Shown one piece after another: positions 61,742-64,000 of a DNA stretch of 64,000 nucleotides. The notes beneath the pieces were generated by a model. That model saw nothing but the letters and a program-made list of their open reading frames with translations. It was not told the DNA's origin and did no database searches. The translations under genes were made by a program, and so were the position numbers. Every line of letters begins with the position of its first letter. Position 1 is the stretch's first letter. The stretch is from NCBI GenBank assembly GCA_963666985.2, contig CAXXIA010000002.1, positions 1,984,001 to 2,048,000 on the forward strand, given 5' to 3'. This stretch comes from Spirochaetia bacterium. GTDB taxonomy: Bacteria > Spirochaetota > Spirochaetia > DSM-2461.

Positions 61742-62255
61742 TTAATCATCAATTTGAACAATATCAACAGTACCAACAATTCTGATATCACCCAGATAAT
61801 CATCTAAATCTGTTGCATAGTAACTGTATTTTTTGCCTAGAGCATCAACGGATAGTGTGTAACTTCCTAATCCACTATTATCACTATTGCTAATAGTAAT
61901 TGTTCCACTCATCGCTACATATGCTATTTCAGTCGAGTCATCTCCAATTTCGATATGTGAATACCCATTCTCAGTATATCTATGCATAATAATATAGACT
62001 CCATCAGGCGGGACCGTCCAAGAGTCATCTCCATCACGATAGAAATCCAGACTTACAATCATTGGTTCTGAGGATGTTCCAATATCAAATGAATGTGTAG
62101 GAACCGTTACTTCATTCCCCTCATCATCAGTCCAGCCTGTTGTAGCTGTTCCTCCGCTATGATAACCCGTACCGTCTGTGTAACTTGATAGGTCGAAAAC
62201 TTCAAAATCATCTTGATTCTGACTACACCCAGCGATTAGTAAGACAATAGTAAAA
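61742..62255 (-). pseudogene. Lipoprotein gene whose native 5' end was removed by IS3
   Basis: Hydrophobic core and IAGC lipobox begin immediately at the IS3 end. Confidence 0.6.
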
Positions 62256-62283
62256 TGGAATTCCCAGACTTCTATAGACACCT

Positions 62284-63144
62284 CTAGCTTGCAATAGAAC
62301 CCTTTTCAAATTCAACCGGAGAGATCCCGCCAAGATGCTTGTGGCGACGCTTCCGGTTGTAAAATGCTTCAATATAATCGAACACATCAGACCGTGCTTC
62401 ATCCCTTGTTCGATATGTCTTCCGGCGAATCCGTTCCTTCTTCAAACTACCAAAGAATGATTCCATGGCTGCATTGTCCCAGCAGTTTCCACGACGGCTC
62501 ATACTTCTCTTCAGTCCGTTGTCACGACAGAATCTAATCCAGTCACCGCTGTCAAATTGGCCGCCCTGATCGGAATGGATAAGGACTTTGTTTTTCGGGC
62601 GTCTCTTCCAAACAGCTGTCAGTAAGGCCTGGATAACCAGATCACGATGAAGCGTGTTCTGCATGGACCAGCCGATGATTCTCCTGGAATAAAGATCCAT
62701 GACAACTGCGAGATACAGCCAACCTTCATGAGTTCGAATATAGGTAATATCCGTTGTCCACGCAGTATCGGGTTCTTCTACATTAAAGTCCTGCTGGAGA
62801 TGGTTCGGGGCAGCCTGGGACGGTTTTCCATACTTGAATCGACGCATCTTGAAGCCGACCATCGCCCTGATACCATGCTCTCGCATGATTCTGGCTACTC
62901 GATGGACGCTGCAGGATTCTCCGTCTTCCATCAAATCCTCATGGATTCGTGGACTTCCGTAGACCTGATCGCTTTCTTCGTAGAAGTGGCGAATCTTCTT
63001 CAACAACCGAATGTCTTCAATCTTTCTCTCTGATTGAGGTTTTCTCAACCATGCATAGAATCCGCTTCGATTGACATCGAGAACCCGGCACATAGTCTTC
63101 ACTCTGAATTCAGCCCTGTAGTTTTTGATGAAGGCATATCTTAC
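62284..63144 (-). CDS. IS3 transposase OrfB (DDE), expressed via -1 frameshift
   Basis: YGSPRI, WTTDITY, HSDQG, DNAAMESFF; A7G slippery site near 63173-63180. Confidence 0.92.
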   Translation of the reverse strand, partial: VRYAFIKNYRAEFRVKTMCRVLDVNRSGFYAWLRKPQSERKIEDIRLLKKIRHFYEESDQVYGSPRIHEDLMEDGESCSVHRVARIMREHGIRAMVGFKMRRFKYGKPSQAAPNHLQQDFNVEEPDTAWTTDITYIRTHEGWLYLAVVMDLYSRRIIGWSMQNTLHRDLVIQALLTAVWKRRPKNKVLIHSDQGGQFDSGDWIRFCRDNGLKRSMSRRGNCWDNAAMESFFGSLKKERIRRKTYRTRDEARSDVFDYIEAFYNRKRRHKHLGGISPVEFEKGSIAS

Positions 63145-63428
63145 TCGGACTGACTCGCGAAGTATGCCGCGGCTTTTTTTAAGATATCTCGCTCTTCCTG
63201 CACCCGCCGCAGCTCTGCTTTCAGCCTGGCATTCTCGACTTCAAGCTCCTTATTTGCTTTTGCCGATTCTGGTGCTTTTGGATTTCGAGAATCGGCCTTC
63301 AGCCACTTATAGAGGCTATGGGTTGAGACTCCTATACGCTCAGAGACTTCCTTGATGGAGTAGCCCCGCTCAACAACCTGGCCGACTGCTTCTGCCTTGA
63401 ATTCGTCCGAATATCGCGGACTTCCCAT
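63141..63428 (-). CDS. IS3 transposase OrfA (HTH plus leucine zipper)
   Basis: YSDEFKAEAV, LYKW, EERDILKKAAAYFA. Confidence 0.92.
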   Translation of the reverse strand: MGSPRYSDEFKAEAVGQVVERGYSIKEVSERIGVSTHSLYKWLKADSRNPKAPESAKANKELEVENARLKAELRRVQEERDILKKAAAYFASQSE

Positions 63429-63487
63429 GATGTACACTCCTTCCTCATTTTGAGTTTAGCAGTGTCTATCAAAAGCTGGGAATTCCA

Positions 63488-64000
63488 TCTTGCCGACAAA
63501 ATTATCGAATCCCTCTCGCTTATCCTCATCTATATATATCTTTTCATTTACTACCTGTCGGAGCATCACAACAGCATATTCATGCATATGAGCATTATTT
63601 TGATCGATTCGCCATCGGTTTTTATCCCAATAATACGTGTTTCCTGAATCTGAAGCACTTTTGAAGATATTTCCATATCTTATTAACAAACGATCAGTTA
63701 GGCCAAAATCATTCCATTCCAATTTTGAACATTTTTCCAGCTTATCGGCCAGCTTTGAATCATAGTATTTCTGGGCACTTTTCAAGACGTCCATGAACTC
63801 ATTCTGAGCTAATGGTTCTTTTATACTGGAGTTCCTTATACTAAGTTCCGTTAGTACATGTTCAGGTCTATAACCCCTTCCATACATAGCTGTGGCTTGA
63901 CCGAATAAAGAATTATTCCGATTCCCTACTACCAGAGAGTAATTGCGAGTTTGTATATCTGAGCTTGGAACGACTTCAGGAGCAACTATTGAATCGATCT
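63488..64000 (-). pseudogene. P4/D5-type phage-plasmid primase fragment (PriCT and D5_N), truncated by IS3
   Basis: Frame open to window end: GNRNNSLFGQATAM..EPL..E..KSA, then ND.G..R..YYWD..RW; stops inside the IS3 IR. Confidence 0.7.

Larger units (their letters stand above)
62256..63487 (-). mobile_element. IS3-family insertion sequence (1232 bp)
   Basis: Imperfect 26-bp IRs TGGAATTCCCAG...ATAGACAC, TG..CA ends, orfA/orfB. Confidence 0.93.

Overview
Chromosomal window of an anaerobic bacterium, most likely a spirochaete (inferred from the MCP signature, lipoproteins and gene content; not proven). Left to right: (1) a sigma54 regulator plus a glycosylation cluster (flippase, GT4, two GT2, one with a receiver-like N-terminus); (2) an [FeFe]-hydrogenase maturation-type operon (TM1266-like regulator, SsuABC/NitT-type ABC importer, aspA, hydF, hydE) with no hydG, preceded by a long structured leader; (3) a hexuronate catabolism region (DeoR, PPi-type Pfk, SDR fructuronate reductase, uxaC, uxaE; HAD, LarA-family epimerase, gnd) split by a histidine kinase/MCP/sugar-binding block; (4) an M16 protease, a CPBP protease and a Yej-type peptide ABC transporter; (5) a heme/iron uptake and anaerobic heme degradation operon; (6) housekeeping enzymes; (7) tRNA-Val(CAC) followed by the left end of an integrated island with a tyrosine integrase, IS1182 and IS3 elements and an IS-truncated P4-type primase. 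The top lead is the hydG-less maturase operon, where an importer sits where hydG is often found (possible salvage of an H-cluster precursor), together with its candidate leader RNA. All family calls come from motif recognition by eye; no searches were run.
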